From positions 4,674 to 68,673 of the forward strand of contig JAFXUC010000089.1 in the NCBI GenBank assembly GCA_017535325.1: a stretch of DNA of 64,000 nucleotides, in the 5' to 3' direction. Position 1 is the first letter of the stretch. Each line of letters begins with the position of its first letter. The notes under the pieces are model-generated. The model did no database searches. It saw only the letters and a program-made list of their open reading frames with translations, and was not told the DNA's origin. This document shows positions 60,801 to 63,800 of the stretch, piece by piece. The translations under genes were made by a program, and so were the position numbers. The DNA comes from Bacteroidales bacterium. GTDB lineage: Bacteria; Bacteroidota; Bacteroidia; Bacteroidales; UBA3824.

Positions 60801-63800
60801 ATCGCACCAATAAACTGTATTCGGGTCGTATGTCTGATCGGCATCAACAGTAAACGAATTGTTGGTAATCTCAACCTCGTCTTTAACCTCGCACTTAGAT
60901 GTCTTACCCGGCAAAGCCACAGACCAGCGTATTTTGTATTTTACGCCCGGAGCAGACAACGCCTCCATATCAGTTATATAATTGTTAACCGACTTGATTA
61001 CTATGTCGCCGCCGTCTTTGTCTTTTCCCAAAAGAACTGCCCATGTACCCTGAGCATTTTGATGATACATATCATCGTTGCCGGTAATTGTAATTTTCGG
61101 CTTGCAAATGTCCGCCGTTTTAACGGTTTCGTTGCCGGTAAATGTAGTTACCACATTATAGTTGGTTCCAATCTCAGGAGTTTCAGTATAACTGATGCTC
61201 TTAATATGAGCCTCCATGTGGTTGTTGTCGATAACAGCGTATGCCGTATCAGAACAAATAAAATCAGTATTGTTTTGTTTGGTTATCTTGTTGGTAACCG
61301 TCCAGATATAATGATTTTCGCCGGAAGGAATGTTGGTAACTTCCGTATAATTTGAATTCGGATTGGCAATGCCCGTTTTTAATCCGCCCACGTATGACCA
61401 AGAGCCCGAAGCAGACGAACCGTATTTTACTTTCGGGTCTTTCGCGGAAAGATGCCACTTGTCATCACAAGTCTCATAATATTTTTCAAGAATTTCATGG
61501 TCTATGTGGTTGTTAATAACATAAACACGGACACGTTTTTCGCAGACAGGACCTTTGCCGTCCTGAGCCCTATATGTAAGAACCCAGTTGAATGTAGATT
61601 TTCCAAGCGGCAGGTTGTTGATCTGTGTCTTGTCTGACGAGGGACTTACTATAGTACACGTTTCGCCTCTTTCATTGCCGATAAACTCCCAATGACCTTC
61701 GCCTATCGGGTGCGCACCAGCCTGCAAAAGATACTGACCGTTTTTGTTTTCCTGAACGTTGGAAGAATATTTCTTTCCGGTAGTTCCTACCGTCCATTCA
61801 GGATTCTGACATGTATATACATAATACTCATATTTCTGTTTGCCGTCTTTGTCCAAATATACCCTCTCAATTCCGCCGACTTCAATTTTTTCGTCGTAGT
61901 AGTCGATTTTCGGATCATCAGGCTCGCTGTTGATTACTTTCATCTCGTCAGTAACCCTACAAGTAGGATCTGTTGTACCTCTTGCATTTGATTCTGATAT
62001 GCTGTAATAAACACCGTCTTTCACGTATGCATTTGCATTAGTTGAAGTACCCCAGAATTTATATGGAGTAAGATCGCTGAGTTTATTCCAAACAGTAAGT
62101 GTTATAGGTGTCTCGCCCTGAGGTGCTTTATAAAAATATACATTTTTTACTGCATCGCCTGTCAACTTTTCATTAGCAGTTCCGCCTACACTTGCAGCAG
62201 CAGGCTGTCCAGTTGCAGTCAACGAAAGACCCGAACCGTATGCGTTGCCGGACTTGTTGAAAGACCACATACCTTCACCGTATTTCAAAGTCTGCGGCTG
62301 CAACTGCGTAAAGTCATCGGCATTGCCGCAAATATAAATATCAGGACCGGCATGAGACTCAACATGGTTGTTGTATACGACAACCGTGTCAGAAGCCTGA
62401 CAACCATAACGCGATACATTCCACTCAAATTTGTTTTCACCCTGACTAAGATTTGCAAAACGGGTGATGGCATTGGTTGCTTCCGTATTATACTTAGAAT
62501 CCAAAACCGCGCCGTCAGACTGCAAAACTTTCCACCAGCCGTGAGCATTCATAAACTGGTCTTCACAAACCGACTGAGTCTGGTTTGCAGGACAAGGATC
62601 CTCTCCTTTCAACTCGGCAGTAGAATCACAAACAATAAAGTCGTGTTTATGGTCAATGTCAAATGAGTTGTTGTATATCAAAACAACATCCTTGTCAATA
62701 CAATAGCCGTTGGATTTTCTACCGTTGGCAACCCAATTTGTTCTTGTAGTACTCTTAGCATTAACAGAATACACATCATATACATTCCAACCCGGAGCAC
62801 ACAATTGAGGATCCGCTGCTGAAAAATGTCGGTTGTTACCAAAACTATAAATTTCCGAATTAGCGATACGCGCCACCGTCCAAACCATCCTAACCGGATT
62901 TTTGTTACCGTTAGACTCAGGTATTCCGGAAATAGAAGCCGTATTATTCTTAAATTTTTCATAATGCGCATCAATTGTTGACTTTGCACCATTGGCGTTA
63001 CTTGCATTCCGTGTTATCGGTACACCCAAAGCAGCATTATTATCACCATTATAATTACCTTTGTTGTTTGCTGTACCAAGATATATTGGATTTCCATCTA
63101 CTTTAAGTTTGTTCAAAATCTCAAACTCATTCGTTGAAGTATTATCAACAGACCAAAAACCTACAAGCGTAAAATCGCCATGCGCTTGATCCGCAATCGG
63201 TTTTGCTGACAAAGTGAAATTATCCGTGCAAAGATTCCACACCTTTTCTCCCGTACCGTTGAGAGAAAGACGCGCATCACCATCCCTTGTCTCTGCAACC
63301 GCCTTTACACTGTTGTTCCAAATTGTAACATGTCCGATAGAGGTACATGCCTCACCGTTTTTACCCGTACCGTTTTGACTGTACAAAGTAAACACCGTAG
63401 GACCGGCAGGAAGATTTTTGACCTTTATAGAGCCGTTATCACCTCCTGATTGCCATTCTTTAACACCGTCACTATATGTTATTACATCATCATGATTTGA
63501 TGTAAGTTTGCCATAATTGTTAATCTTAGTCCAAGTCAACGCAGTTTCATCCGAACATACAGCATCAGATTCCAATCCGGCAGTACCTTTGGCATCTGCA
63601 ATGAATCTCGCAGTATCGGCAACGTTGATAGTATAATAAACTGTGTCCCAATCCCAGCAATAATTACCGTCATCTACAACCTTATTCAAACCCTCATAGA
63701 ACTCTTTACCTAAATTATTGCCATCACTGGGCAGATTAGGATTTTTCAACTGTTTTACAGCGTACTCAAAACCGTATATACCGGAACCTGTTGTACCGGA

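Noticed and set aside
12867-63007. More than 150 track ORFs inside the giant gene on the plus strand or in other minus-strand frames. The largest are 59370-60509 (379 aa), 27384-28361 (325 aa), 53379-54128 (249 aa), 22782-23501 (239 aa), 29991-30674 (227 aa), 13476-14084 (202 aa) and 14118-14714 (198 aa).
   Set aside because: All lie entirely within one 51-kb ORF that has clear domain content. Their translations are V/R/C/S/F-rich with no recognisable motifs, no start-site context and no module periodicity of their own. Long antisense or off-frame ORFs are an expected by-product of the strong amino-acid and codon bias of the repeat gene.
19621-63578. The regular periodicities of about 3.4 kb and about 280 nt read as a non-coding tandem repeat, satellite or CRISPR-like array, or as an assembly artefact.
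   Set aside because: The repeats are in frame and translated into a conserved module pattern. Copies differ at roughly 25-40% of nucleotides in the stretches I compared. There are no short identical direct repeats with unique spacers.
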